Source of the DNA: a virus
Length of the DNA stretch: 64,000 nt
Strand: one strand, 5' to 3'
IMG/VR virus record: IMGVR_UViG_3300044630_001218
Span: 2,280-66,279 of that record
Both the position numbers and the translations under genes were made by a program. Numbering within the stretch: position 1 is the first letter of the stretch; each line of letters starts with the position of its first letter. Under the pieces are notes generated by a model. It made no database searches and was not told where the DNA came from. It saw only the letters and a program-made list of their open reading frames with translations. This document shows, piece after piece, positions 27,747 to 36,840 of the stretch.

Positions 27747-28301
27747 ATGGCACACCGCTACGGAGACCAACGCGAGGACGGTAAGATCTTCATCGGTTAC
27801 AAGACCACCTGCAAGGACGGCGAGCATTGGGTTACTGCGGATCGCTTTGCCGTGATGAAGCTCAACGCAACCGTTCGCTACTTCGAGCGCAAAGAATTGA
27901 AGCTCAAGAAACCGAAACGGGTCACGATCTACACCCACCCCCATCTGCGAACCCGCCCCTTCAAGCCGAGACCGCTCAGACAAAAACGAGAACTGACCCA
28001 AAAAGAATTTGACACGCTGCCCTTTGGCCCCTATACCGCTCCCACCATGACAACACTACAAGACATGACCATAATCCCGAACTACTCGAAGTACGCCATC
28101 ACTCCTGCTGGCACAGTGCATCGGGTTCAACCTGCAACACGCGGACGCACTGCTGGTTTGCAGCATCGCGTTACGCCCGTCATTCATCCGAAGGGCCATC
28201 AGTGGTGTGTGCAGATCACAGATGACAACGGCAAGCGCAAACGCATTCCGATCAAGAAGTTGATGGAAGAGGTGTACGGCAACGCTGAAACTATTTCTTG
28301 A
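27747..28301 (+). CDS. Protein with GD.REDG..F.GY motif and C-terminal NUMOD4-like domain, no HNH
   Basis: IPNYSKYAITPAGTVHRV...WCVQI...GKRKRIPIKKLM; possible internal start at 28047 behind TTGACA-17-TATACC. Confidence 0.65.
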   Translation: MAHRYGDQREDGKIFIGYKTTCKDGEHWVTADRFAVMKLNATVRYFERKELKLKKPKRVTIYTHPHLRTRPFKPRPLRQKRELTQKEFDTLPFGPYTAPTMTTLQDMTIIPNYSKYAITPAGTVHRVQPATRGRTAGLQHRVTPVIHPKGHQWCVQITDDNGKRKRIPIKKLMEEVYGNAETIS

Positions 28302-28308
28302 CTTGTTC
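28282..28308 (+). repeat. 27-bp direct repeat carrying a -35 box, copy 1
   Basis: acgctgaaactatttcttgacttgttc, identical to 28790-28816; TTGACT-16-TACGCT. Confidence 0.9.
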
Positions 28309-28331
28309 AATAGGTTATCTACGCTCAATAC

Positions 28332-28796
28332 GTGCCCGATACATTTCTAGACTCGATAGAAGATCGCCTTATGCAGCTAGGTGGTGCTTCGGGTATTGTC
28401 GGTTTTGAGAAATTAAGGAGGACTTTACAGCAAGGTACGGTACCTAACGCTGCTAAAAGACTAGTTGCAGCTAAGGCTCTTGCTAAATACGTCCCTCCAA
28501 TTGATGCTGCTATTGAGTTAGGGCAAGCGGGGGACTTAATCGCGAACCCAGAAAAAAGAGAAGGCCATGCAGAAGCTGGTAAGGAATTAACAAAAAAGAC
28601 ACTACCATACCAGCTCGGTAAAGCCTTTCTTACCCCAACTGACTCCGCTTCTAAGTACGGGGCGTATAAAGAGGAACTAGACAAAAAGGCTTTTGAGAAG
28701 TATTTTGAGGGAGAGCCTTGGGCTGAGTGGGCTAAGAAGGAAAATGCTGAGGTAGCGGCTAGACGCGCAAAAGGGTCGGGGACAGCTGCACGCTGA
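28332..28796 (+). CDS. Hypothetical helical protein flanked by 27-bp direct repeats
   Basis: 154-aa ORF, leaderless GTG start. Confidence 0.7.
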   Translation: MPDTFLDSIEDRLMQLGGASGIVGFEKLRRTLQQGTVPNAAKRLVAAKALAKYVPPIDAAIELGQAGDLIANPEKREGHAEAGKELTKKTLPYQLGKAFLTPTDSASKYGAYKEELDKKAFEKYFEGEPWAEWAKKENAEVAARRAKGSGTAAR

Positions 28797-28816
28797 AACT
28801 ATTTCTTGACTTGTTC
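28790..28816 (+). repeat. 27-bp direct repeat carrying the portal promoter -35 box, copy 2
   Basis: Identical to 28282-28308; TTGACT-16-TACGAT. Confidence 0.9.
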
Positions 28817-28841
28817 GATAAGCTCTTTACGATACTACGCT

Positions 28842-31088
28842 GTGACGCAAAATCCGCCTATGGTTCCATCTGGTCTGAACGAGTTCGACCTGCTTAACCT
28901 CGACCCGCAAACTCTGACGCCACCGGAATCCCGTATCCGTGACGTTAAGGCTGCAAGCTCGATCTATGACACTCTGCGCAAAGCCGACGAGAAGTCATCG
29001 AGCAACCGCGCACGTGTTGATGCGATGTTTGACGGTGCGGCACCTTACGATCAACGGGTCTTGTACTCGACTGGCCAAGGCAACCGGACCAACTTGAACT
29101 TCGGTGAGGCCCAGCGTTTGCTTGACGTTTCGATGTCCGCGTATGTTGACCTCTACACCAGCTTGCAGCAACTGATGCGGGTGTCGGTCACGGTCGGCGA
29201 GCCAGCCGAACGACAAGAGGCGGAGGACCTTATTGCTGAGGAGTTGACGCAGACCTTGCGTGAGTGGCCCGAGTTTCATTCCAACTTCCTGCGCCTTTGT
29301 ACGGAGTTCACGAAGCACGGTGTCGGCGTGTCTTACTTTGAAGACCCGAAGAGCTGGCGCTTTCGTGTTTGCGGTCTGACTGACTTCCTCATACCGAGGC
29401 AAACCCCTGCGTCTGAAGAGTCAATCGAAGTTGCTTGTGCCCGCCGCCAGTACCTGCTTCATGAACTTTATGGCTTCATCAAGAACGAAGAAGCCGCTGC
29501 GAAGATGGGCTGGGACGTTGACGAAGTGAAACGTATCATCTCGAAGAACGCACGTACTACTGGCCGTAACGGCAGCAACACCTACGCCGATTGGGAAGTG
29601 ACCCAACGCGAGATGAAGAACAACGATTTGTATACTGGTCTTGAAAATACTACGGTGTCCGTCATCCACATGTGGGTCCGTGAGTTCGACGGCAGTGTGT
29701 CGCTTTTGATGTTTGCCGAAGAGACACCGAAGACTTTCTTATTCCGCAAGAACTCGATGTTTGAAAAACCGGAACACGCCTACGTGATGTTCTCTTACGG
29801 TGTCGGCACCAACGGCACCTACCATTCGGTACGCGGTTTGGGCAACCGGATCTTCAACCACATCCAGACCAGCAACCGCATTCGTTGCCAGATGATTGAC
29901 TCTGCGATGATGGGCGGTGCGGTGATGATCCAACCGGAGACGCAGCGTGCGCTTGAGGACTTATCGTTCACGATGTACGGACCGTACTCGATCCTTTCGC
30001 CTAACGTCCGTATCGTCGAAAAGGCCGCGCCGAACTTGACCAATACCATGCAGCCAGCACTTGCTGACCTGCAAAACCAGTTGGCAATGAACGTTGACCT
30101 TGTGTCAACTTACGGCAACCAAAGCAGCCCGTACCGTAACCAACTCCAGACCGAACATGATCTCGCGGTATCGAGCCGCTTGACTGGTTCGACCATTAAC
30201 CTTTTCTACTCCAGCTGGTCTCGCTTGCTTCGTGAGATCGTACGCCGGATCGTTACCAACCCACAGCGTGATGAGTATGTCACACGCTTCTACAAACGTT
30301 GTGCAGAGCGCGGCATCAGCAAAGAAGTCATCGCCTCGATCAACCATGACAAGACTGTCGCAGTACGCGCTATCGGTGCAGGTTCCGCCGCGAACCGCTT
30401 GCTTGCCTTGCGCGAACTTAACCAGATTGCTGGTGGCTACGACGAAGTCGGACGCCGCAATCTTCTCCGCGACATCACTTCGGAACGGGTTGGTCGTGAT
30501 CTGGTGGACCGCTACGCGCCAGCAAATCCGGAGCCACGAATGACCGTCGATGCGAAGATTGCGTTGCTAGAGAATCAGGCTATGCAGTCCGGCCAGCCCG
30601 TTGCCGTTCTCGATAGTGAGCTACACGGAATGCACCTCCGCATGCACGCTCCACTTCTGCAACAATTGGTCGGTGGCATCCAGTCTGGAGAAGTCGATCC
30701 GATGCAGTCGCTTCCGCTTGTTGAGGCTGTGTACCAGCATTGCGCCGAACACACCAACTACCTCGCCGCTGATCCTTCCGCCAAAGCCGAAGTTGCCGAG
30801 ATGAAGCAGCTTCTGCAAATCGCCGAAGAAGTCATCACCAACTTCAACCGTAAGCTGCAAGCCGAGCAACGCAAGGCTATGGAGGCTGGTCAAGTCGAAG
30901 GCGGACAGGAAGGGCAGCAAGGCCCGACGCCTACCGAACTTAAGATGCAAGAGCATCAGCTTAAGATGCAGATCGCTCAACAGAAGGCTGAGATCGAAAT
31001 GCGCATCAAGCAAGCGAAGGCGGACCAAGACCTCGCCCTCAAGGACGCGGAACGCGCATTGAAACTATCTGGTAACACAACCCAATAA
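28842..31088 (+). CDS. Portal protein (podovirus-type, long coiled-coil C-terminus)
   Basis: ~750 aa; heads the scaffold-capsid block; Gln/Glu/Ala helical tail. Start is GTG 28842 or ATG 28860 (the track TTG at 28806 is the -35 box). Confidence 0.7.
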   Translation: MTQNPPMVPSGLNEFDLLNLDPQTLTPPESRIRDVKAASSIYDTLRKADEKSSSNRARVDAMFDGAAPYDQRVLYSTGQGNRTNLNFGEAQRLLDVSMSAYVDLYTSLQQLMRVSVTVGEPAERQEAEDLIAEELTQTLREWPEFHSNFLRLCTEFTKHGVGVSYFEDPKSWRFRVCGLTDFLIPRQTPASEESIEVACARRQYLLHELYGFIKNEEAAAKMGWDVDEVKRIISKNARTTGRNGSNTYADWEVTQREMKNNDLYTGLENTTVSVIHMWVREFDGSVSLLMFAEETPKTFLFRKNSMFEKPEHAYVMFSYGVGTNGTYHSVRGLGNRIFNHIQTSNRIRCQMIDSAMMGGAVMIQPETQRALEDLSFTMYGPYSILSPNVRIVEKAAPNLTNTMQPALADLQNQLAMNVDLVSTYGNQSSPYRNQLQTEHDLAVSSRLTGSTINLFYSSWSRLLREIVRRIVTNPQRDEYVTRFYKRCAERGISKEVIASINHDKTVAVRAIGAGSAANRLLALRELNQIAGGYDEVGRRNLLRDITSERVGRDLVDRYAPANPEPRMTVDAKIALLENQAMQSGQPVAVLDSELHGMHLRMHAPLLQQLVGGIQSGEVDPMQSLPLVEAVYQHCAEHTNYLAADPSAKAEVAEMKQLLQIAEEVITNFNRKLQAEQRKAMEAGQVEGGQEGQQGPTPTELKMQEHQLKMQIAQQKAEIEMRIKQAKADQDLALKDAERALKLSGNTTQ

Positions 31089-31095
31089 TACGAGT

Positions 31096-31986
31096 ATGGC
31101 AAAAGATCGAGTTGAAGTAATGCGTGGGGCCTTTGAGTCAAAGTATGGCACACCCGCAGACCCCAATAAAAACGTTCTTATTGGCATGAAAAGCGGTAAA
31201 GCTGTTTACGGGGATGCGCTTGATGCTACCGACACCAAAGGTTCAAACGTAATCAATAATACCCCATCACAGAACCAAGCAATCATGGACCAAATGTTTG
31301 GTCAGATGGCTAAGTCCGGTGGTATGTACAACCCATCTCCATCTGCTATTGCTAAGATGGATCAGATGTACCCACCTACCGCTGCTGACTCGAAAGTAAC
31401 CACGAGGGCCGATAACAAGCAGATGATCGGAGCTAATTCGCCGGAGGCAAAAGCGATGCGCGAGTCTTCGGCTGGCGATGCGCGGTTTCTTCAAACTCTT
31501 TCCAGACTAAACGCTAGACCGAACAGAACCTCAGCGACGGAGCCAACACAAACACCACCGCCCGATTTGCAAAAAATAGCCGAAGAATCCCGAGCTAGGG
31601 CGGCGAGTCCTTTCACAACAGGACCTCTGACATGGCCCATCGGTCAAGCACCTCCTCCCAGTGTTCAGGATTTTGGTAGTCTTGCTTTGTCGAAACCACA
31701 AGCTGGTTCAAACAAACCCAGTATTTTCGAGGGTAGGGATGTGACCAATATGCCTTTTTCGGAACGACAACTGTGGGATAAAAATGTGCCCCCAAACATT
31801 ACTGGAGTAGACTCGAATGGGCTTTTAATCAGTAATGAAATCGCTTATGGCGGAAGGGATAAGACAAAAGATAATGCGTGGATAGAGGATTACTATAAGA
31901 AAAACCCGCCTAATCTAACGGGATTTCAGCCAGCAAATGATAATGGTGTAGTTCTTAAAGGGCTTCTTAATTCGAGTAATAAATAA
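31096..31986 (+). CDS. Pro/Ser/Asn-rich hypothetical protein
   Basis: 296-aa ORF after the portal. Confidence 0.6.
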   Translation: MAKDRVEVMRGAFESKYGTPADPNKNVLIGMKSGKAVYGDALDATDTKGSNVINNTPSQNQAIMDQMFGQMAKSGGMYNPSPSAIAKMDQMYPPTAADSKVTTRADNKQMIGANSPEAKAMRESSAGDARFLQTLSRLNARPNRTSATEPTQTPPPDLQKIAEESRARAASPFTTGPLTWPIGQAPPPSVQDFGSLALSKPQAGSNKPSIFEGRDVTNMPFSERQLWDKNVPPNITGVDSNGLLISNEIAYGGRDKTKDNAWIEDYYKKNPPNLTGFQPANDNGVVLKGLLNSSNK

Positions 31987-32021
31987 TTTGACAAACCGCG
32001 AACTTCGTGGTTTTCTTCCGC

Positions 32022-32312
32022 ATGCTTTCTTCTAAACCTGTTGTACCGCAGACCATTGAACGCTGGTTCAGTGATCCCACCCAAGCAGCAAAGCTCCGTG
32101 AAATGCTAGAAGATTCAGTCTTCGAGGCGGCAGCAGCTACCCTACTTTCCGCAGCACGGCCCACATTCATGGCTCTGACAGACACGGAACGCAACGCCCA
32201 ACGCCAAGCATGGCTGGCTGGATACCATGACTTTGTGAATGATCTCCTGAAGTTGACTAAGGCCCCAGCAGCTAAAGGCCAGAATCTCGAAGAATGGAGC
32301 CACTACGAATAA
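32022..32312 (+). CDS. Small conserved head-module protein
   Basis: MLSSKPVVP...WLAGYHDF; between portal and scaffold; TTGACA at 31988. Confidence 0.6.
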   Translation: MLSSKPVVPQTIERWFSDPTQAAKLREMLEDSVFEAAAATLLSAARPTFMALTDTERNAQRQAWLAGYHDFVNDLLKLTKAPAAKGQNLEEWSHYE

Positions 32313-32315
32313 CAT

Positions 32316-33452
32316 ATGAGCACACCAACACCTGAATCAGCGCCCGCTTTGGACGCCGCCACCCCTGCCGATAACGGCGGGTTCGTCGAATCCCTTGACT
32401 CGTACTTCGCGTCGATGGAAAACCCCGCACCGGAACCTACCCCAGAACCGACGCCGGAGCCCAAGGAAACCGCACCGGAGCCCAAGGAAACCACACCGGA
32501 ACCTTCTGACAGCAAACAGGACGCCCTTGCCGAACTCGATTCGGTCGAGCCTAAAGACTGGACACCGGAAGCAGCTCGTCGATTCAAGGAACTCAAAGCC
32601 GAACTCAAGACCTACCGCAGTAGGTCTGAGGAACTGGAGCAAGTCGCGGCTCAGAAGGAAAGCCGACTTCAGGAATTGGAGGCACTCGCCAACAATCCAG
32701 AGTACCAGCAACTCCAAGACCGGATTGCTGAGTACGAGAAGAACATGCTCGTCACGAAGCTGGAGCAGAGCCACGCCTACCAGACCCTTGTTGAGCAGCC
32801 ACTTGCCAACCTCGTACAGGAAGCCGATAACATTGCCGAGAAGTACTCGCTCGACTCCAATACTCTCCTTGAAGTCATTGCCAGCGACGACGAGGCCGCG
32901 CAGGAAGAACAACTTTCTGAGTTACTTGCCAACGCCAGCGACCGCGACAAGTTCCGCATCTACAAAATTATCGAGGAGACCAAACCAATCCTTGAGCAAC
33001 GTAGGGTTTTGCAGGAGCACGCTGAGGCGGCTCTGCGCGAAGCTGAGGAGCTTGACAGCGTTCGGAACCAGCAGAGCCTTATCGAGCGTGTGCAACAGCG
33101 TCAGGAGGCTGCTAACGCAGTTGCTGACAAGCTCAAGAACAAGCTCACGTTCCTTTCCGGCATGGAGGGTGTGGACCTTTCGGCCTACGCCAAAGAAGCG
33201 GCAGAGCTTGAACCCTCTACCCTTGACCCTGTAACCGGAACCTATCACGCGATTGCTGCAAAGCTGTTGCCGAAGATGGCCGCTCAGTACATCAGTCTCC
33301 AGAAGGAGATCGATTCGTTGACCGACCGCCTTGCCGAGTACGACCGTGCCACACCAAAGGCTGGTGGCGGATCGCTCGCTACGGCTGGCGCACCTGTCGC
33401 CGCTGACGGCAAGTCATTCCTTGATGCAGTCTCTGCTGCATTTGGTCGCTAA
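32316..33452 (+). CDS. Capsid scaffolding protein
   Basis: Acidic, PEP-rich N-terminus, RFKELK coiled coil; directly upstream of the capsid gene. Confidence 0.7.
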   Translation: MSTPTPESAPALDAATPADNGGFVESLDSYFASMENPAPEPTPEPTPEPKETAPEPKETTPEPSDSKQDALAELDSVEPKDWTPEAARRFKELKAELKTYRSRSEELEQVAAQKESRLQELEALANNPEYQQLQDRIAEYEKNMLVTKLEQSHAYQTLVEQPLANLVQEADNIAEKYSLDSNTLLEVIASDDEAAQEEQLSELLANASDRDKFRIYKIIEETKPILEQRRVLQEHAEAALREAEELDSVRNQQSLIERVQQRQEAANAVADKLKNKLTFLSGMEGVDLSAYAKEAAELEPSTLDPVTGTYHAIAAKLLPKMAAQYISLQKEIDSLTDRLAEYDRATPKAGGGSLATAGAPVAADGKSFLDAVSAAFGR

Positions 33453-33463
33453 TCAAATTCGAC

Positions 33464-33511
33464 AGCTTCGTACAAATTTGTATTGACAACTAATGCGATT
33501 TGTACGAAGCT
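33464..33511 (+). promoter_or_regulatory. 14-bp inverted repeat enclosing a TTGACA box upstream of the capsid gene
   Basis: agcttcgtacaaat (33464-33477) / atttgtacgaagct (33498-33511); TTGACA at 33483. Confidence 0.6.
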
Positions 33512-33699
33512 ACCCGCAACCCCAAAAGTTGCGACACCGACGGTCCGCTCCGTACCAGCCAAAAGCAAACACGGTTCTAGTAGGTGAGACACTTGAAAGG
33601 TAACTTGAAGCTAAGGCCCATGCGCCTGTCGCCCCGCTTCTGCGACACCCGTGTATTCTTTAACTTTAACAACCTTTTAACTTCTAACTACCTACTACT

Positions 33700-34995
33700 A
33701 TGGCTGTAAACGCTGGACAACTCTTTTCGCAAACTGATGCGAATACCGCAATCGATACGGTCCTCACACAAGAGGCTAACCGTATCGGTCAGGACATTCA
33801 TCGCCGCACGCTTCACGTGTCGCCTTGGATGGACCTCATCAAACAGACTGCCTTTCCGGACGGAATGGGTTACACCCTCGGCACTCTGATCTACGACCGT
33901 GCTCTCCCGACCACGACTGCTAACGGCTCGACCCTTGGCACGAACTGGATCGACGTGGGCGGTGCAACCGCTGATTCGCTTGCTACTACTAGCACCCTCG
34001 ATCAGATCATCACTGGTTCCAAAGACACCAACATCGGTGCTGGCACCAACAACGCTAACGGCAAGTCGTTCATCTCGTTCGCTCGCCAACTCAAGCAGTA
34101 CTCGTTGAAACGAGCCACCGTTGAGTCGCCGCGCATCAACGTGGAAGACCTTCGTTTCGCCGCTTATCGCACCGAGCAGCTCCGCGCTGTCATGGATGCG
34201 CTTACCGACGCGACCAAGTACTCGTGGGAAGAGCGTTATCGTGACGAGTATGACCGTATCTGCGCTAACTACGTGATCTGCGAAGCGAGCGGTACTGTCA
34301 TCACTTCGACTGGTAAAGAAGGCAACGCTTCCGCCGACATCGACTTCGGTGCCGCTGGTGCTACTCCTTCCGCCAACATCTCGAACAAGATCCTTGACTC
34401 GATCTACTTCCGCTTGGTCCGTGCCGGAGCTGGTACGAACGCCTACGGTCGCGAGAACGCACGCCCTGTCTTCGCCCTTGTCTGCTCGTCGGAAGCCTCC
34501 TACGCGCTGCAAACCGAAGCTGGTTTCCGTGACGACGTTCGCTACAACAATGCGAAGGTCTCGGAACTCATCGCTCCGCTTGGCGTCGAGAAGTCCTTCC
34601 GTGGTTTCTACCACTTGATCGACGACCTCGCTCCTCGCTTCACCGATGACGGCGACGGCAACCTCACCCGCGTTCTGCCCTACACCGCTTCGAGCGGCGT
34701 GGTCACTCCGAACGCCTCGTACGAGACAGCCCCGATCGAAGCTGCTTACATCCTTCACCAAGACGTGATGGAGTCGCAGATCCCTGAGCCGATCAGCGGT
34801 TCTAACGGACTCACCTTCGATCCCGTCAACTATCGCGGTAAGTTCGCTTGGAAGAACATCCCTTCCATCGACCTCAACCCCGATGGCACAGTCGGCTTCT
34901 TCCGTGGTGTTCTCGCTTCTGCCTCGAAGCCCATCAAAACCGAGTTCGGTTTCGTGGTGCTCTTCGCTCGCACAAGTGCAACTCCTGCTGCCTAA
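33700..34995 (+). CDS. Major capsid protein
   Basis: 431 aa; follows the scaffold; strongly biased codons; followed by a GC hairpin. Confidence 0.75.
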   Translation: MAVNAGQLFSQTDANTAIDTVLTQEANRIGQDIHRRTLHVSPWMDLIKQTAFPDGMGYTLGTLIYDRALPTTTANGSTLGTNWIDVGGATADSLATTSTLDQIITGSKDTNIGAGTNNANGKSFISFARQLKQYSLKRATVESPRINVEDLRFAAYRTEQLRAVMDALTDATKYSWEERYRDEYDRICANYVICEASGTVITSTGKEGNASADIDFGAAGATPSANISNKILDSIYFRLVRAGAGTNAYGRENARPVFALVCSSEASYALQTEAGFRDDVRYNNAKVSELIAPLGVEKSFRGFYHLIDDLAPRFTDDGDGNLTRVLPYTASSGVVTPNASYETAPIEAAYILHQDVMESQIPEPISGSNGLTFDPVNYRGKFAWKNIPSIDLNPDGTVGFFRGVLASASKPIKTEFGFVVLFARTSATPAA

Positions 34996-35002
34996 TTAAC
35001 CC

Positions 35003-35034
35003 GCCGGAGGTTCTCTAAATAGGGGACCTCCGGC
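35003..35034 (+). terminator. Hairpin after the capsid gene (weak U tract)
   Basis: gccggaggttctct-aaat-aggggacctccggc. Confidence 0.55.
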
Positions 35035-35050
35035 ACATCTCTTTACGACA

Positions 35051-35224
35051 ATGCCGACTCTTGACGACGCTCCTATTGTTCCTAAAATCACTGGCGCTGA
35101 TGTTGCTGCTGACGATCTGATTCAGATCTATGACGTTTCGGCTCAACGCCCCAAAACCATCACGATTGCCCAACTGATCGTTGCACTTGATGCACTTGAC
35201 GCTGGCGCTCTTGCTGACAGCTAA
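35051..35224 (+). CDS. 57-aa protein, possible capsid decoration protein
   Basis: MPTLDDAP...DDLIQIYDVSAQRPKTITIAQL; not in ORF track. Confidence 0.65.
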   Translation: MPTLDDAPIVPKITGADVAADDLIQIYDVSAQRPKTITIAQLIVALDALDAGALADS

Positions 35225-35232
35225 CCTGAATC

Positions 35233-35274
35233 GGCACCCTGTAGCCTAAAAACTACAGGGTGCCTTTTCTCTTT
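35233..35274 (+). terminator. Rho-independent terminator
   Basis: ggcaccctgtag-cctaaaaa-ctacagggtgcc followed by ttttctcttt. Confidence 0.8.
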
Positions 35275-35334
35275 ACAAAAGGTTCCAGATCTGCCAACCT
35301 ATTTCTGTAACCGAAAACATCAATTTCCAAAACA

Positions 35335-35571
35335 ATGCCCGCCTACATCCCAATGCCCGAAGGTCTTCAGCTCCCTGAAGAACCACAATTTGATCTTCCT
35401 GTAACCTTCGAGGTGCGTGACAATATGCTTTACGCTCTTGCTGTTGGGGGCCTACCTGTTCCGCAAGAGGGCGAAGAGCCTGAAGAGATGGAAGAGGAAG
35501 CACCAGAAGGCGGAGAAATGGATTTCATGGCTGCTGTCGAAGCTGGTATGAAGAAACCACAACCTAAATAA
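35335..35571 (+). CDS. Small acidic protein, paralog of 36497-36808
   Basis: IPMPEGLQLPEE..F.L...F.VR...LYAL.V.G.PVP, acidic tract, DFMAAVEAGMK. Confidence 0.7.
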   Translation: MPAYIPMPEGLQLPEEPQFDLPVTFEVRDNMLYALAVGGLPVPQEGEEPEEMEEEAPEGGEMDFMAAVEAGMKKPQPK

Positions 35572-35575
35572 CACT

Positions 35576-35728
35576 ATGAAGACCACAGCATTGGGTATCC
35601 TGACTATTGTTGCCACGCTTGCTAATGTGGGCGTGCAAGTCCTTAAAGGTGGCGCACCTGATTTCATGGCTGCGTTTGCCGCTGTAACCGCCGGAATCGG
35701 CCTAATCAAAGCTCGCGACAACAAGTAA
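35576..35728 (+). CDS. Holin-like two-TM protein (50 aa)
   Basis: MKTTALGILTIVATLANVGV...FAAVTAGIGLIKARDNK; upstream of the endolysin. Confidence 0.6.
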   Translation: MKTTALGILTIVATLANVGVQVLKGGAPDFMAAFAAVTAGIGLIKARDNK

Positions 35729-35904
35729 TGACTACAGACCAAGGCAGGGACCTACTGCACGGCGTTGCTGGCACTGTGGCCCCTGCCCTTGGGGTCATTA
35801 CTTCGTTCCAAGAGCAACTAGAATGGGGCTTGCGCATGACCTCACTGACAATCGGTATTGTCGTGGGGTTGCTTTCCCTATTCCGACTGCTTAAGAAACT
35901 CTAA
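35728..35904 (+). CDS. Second holin-like membrane protein (58 aa)
   Basis: LEWGLRMTSLTIGIVVGLLSLFRLLKKL; TAATG-coupled. Confidence 0.6.
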   Translation: MTTDQGRDLLHGVAGTVAPALGVITSFQEQLEWGLRMTSLTIGIVVGLLSLFRLLKKL

Positions 35905-35945
35905 ATAGGTCAAGTATAACACGACCTACAACGTAGATCCTAAAC

Positions 35946-36500
35946 ATGAGCACCATCGGAATCTGCATCGGCCACAGCCGCAGCGGCGATAAGGGTGCCG
36001 TCAACACAAAAGGTGCAAGCGAACACACCTTCAATAGCAAAATTGGGCACATTACCGCCGATTTGCTACGAAAAAAGGGATATACAGTGCATGTTGTTGA
36101 CGAATATAAGGGGGGGTCCTACTCCTCAGCGATCTGCTGGCTATCGGACCACCTTGCAAAACTCGGCGTAAATGTGGCTGTTGAGCTGCACTTTAACTCT
36201 GCCGGACCGTTCGCTCAAGGCCATGAGTGGTTGCACTGGTTCCGTAGCACAAAGGGGCAGCGTCTGGCATCCTGTTTCAATCACGCTTTTAAGGAATCCT
36301 TTCCAGAAGCTCGTGTACGCGGCGTCAAGTCCGCTGATAAAGAGGACAGGGGCAGCTTGTTCCTGCGTATTACCCGTTGTCCAGCGGTTATTCTTGAGCC
36401 TTTCTTCGGTTCCAATAAGTCCGAAACGGACTTTTATACAGCCAACCAAACCAAGATGGCGGAGTGTTACGCCAAAGCCCTAACCGATTACTTGACATGA
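35946..36500 (+). CDS. Endolysin, N-acetylmuramoyl-L-alanine amidase (Amidase_3)
   Basis: CIGHS, SEH, VELHFNS, PAVILEPFF. Confidence 0.9.
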   Translation: MSTIGICIGHSRSGDKGAVNTKGASEHTFNSKIGHITADLLRKKGYTVHVVDEYKGGSYSSAICWLSDHLAKLGVNVAVELHFNSAGPFAQGHEWLHWFRSTKGQRLASCFNHAFKESFPEARVRGVKSADKEDRGSLFLRITRCPAVILEPFFGSNKSETDFYTANQTKMAECYAKALTDYLT

Positions 36501-36808
36501 AAGGAATGATCCCACTGCCCGACGGCATCGCCCTACCGGAAGACGCTTCGACCAAACCCTTTAGCCTTAGTGGTATGTTCCTGCTCCGTGGGGACAAACT
36601 GATGGCTCTTGAACTTGACGGAAAGCCTGTACCTTGCGGTGAGTATGAGGAGGAAGAGGGTGAAGAAGAGGAAGAAGGCGGTGAGGAAAAAGAACACGGC
36701 TGCTGTGGAGCATACAAGGAAGGCGAGATGTGCAAGGACTGCCCTAAACAAGAAGGCGGGTTCCTTGTTGCTATTGAGCGAGCCATGAAACCCTCAAAAC
36801 GTAGTTGA
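36497..36808 (+). CDS. Small acidic protein, paralog of 35335-35571
   Basis: IPLPDGIALPED..PFSL...FLLR..KLMALELDGKPVP, Glu tract, GFLVAIERAMK; ATGA-coupled. Confidence 0.7.
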   Translation: MKGMIPLPDGIALPEDASTKPFSLSGMFLLRGDKLMALELDGKPVPCGEYEEEEGEEEEEGGEEKEHGCCGAYKEGEMCKDCPKQEGGFLVAIERAMKPSKRS

Positions 36809-36833
36809 CAAAGCACTTAACACTGCCTATCCT
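36805..36833 (+). promoter_or_regulatory. Sigma70-type promoter, leaderless
   Basis: TTGACA-17-TATCCT, 7 nt before GTG 36841. Confidence 0.7.
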
Positions 36834-36840
36834 GTAGGCC

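Noticed and set aside
28806-28841. ORF-track TTG start for the portal
   Set aside because: That TTG is the -35 box within the 27-bp repeat; GTG 28842 or ATG 28860 fits better
33688-34761. Long antisense or alternate-frame ORFs (33688-34761, 4658-5614, 32395-33234)
   Set aside because: These are shadows of strongly codon-biased real genes and have no protein-like motifs
35521-35673. 14-nt repeat gatttcatggctgc in two adjacent genes
   Set aside because: Short, encodes DFMAA in both genes, and shows no further structure; probably chance
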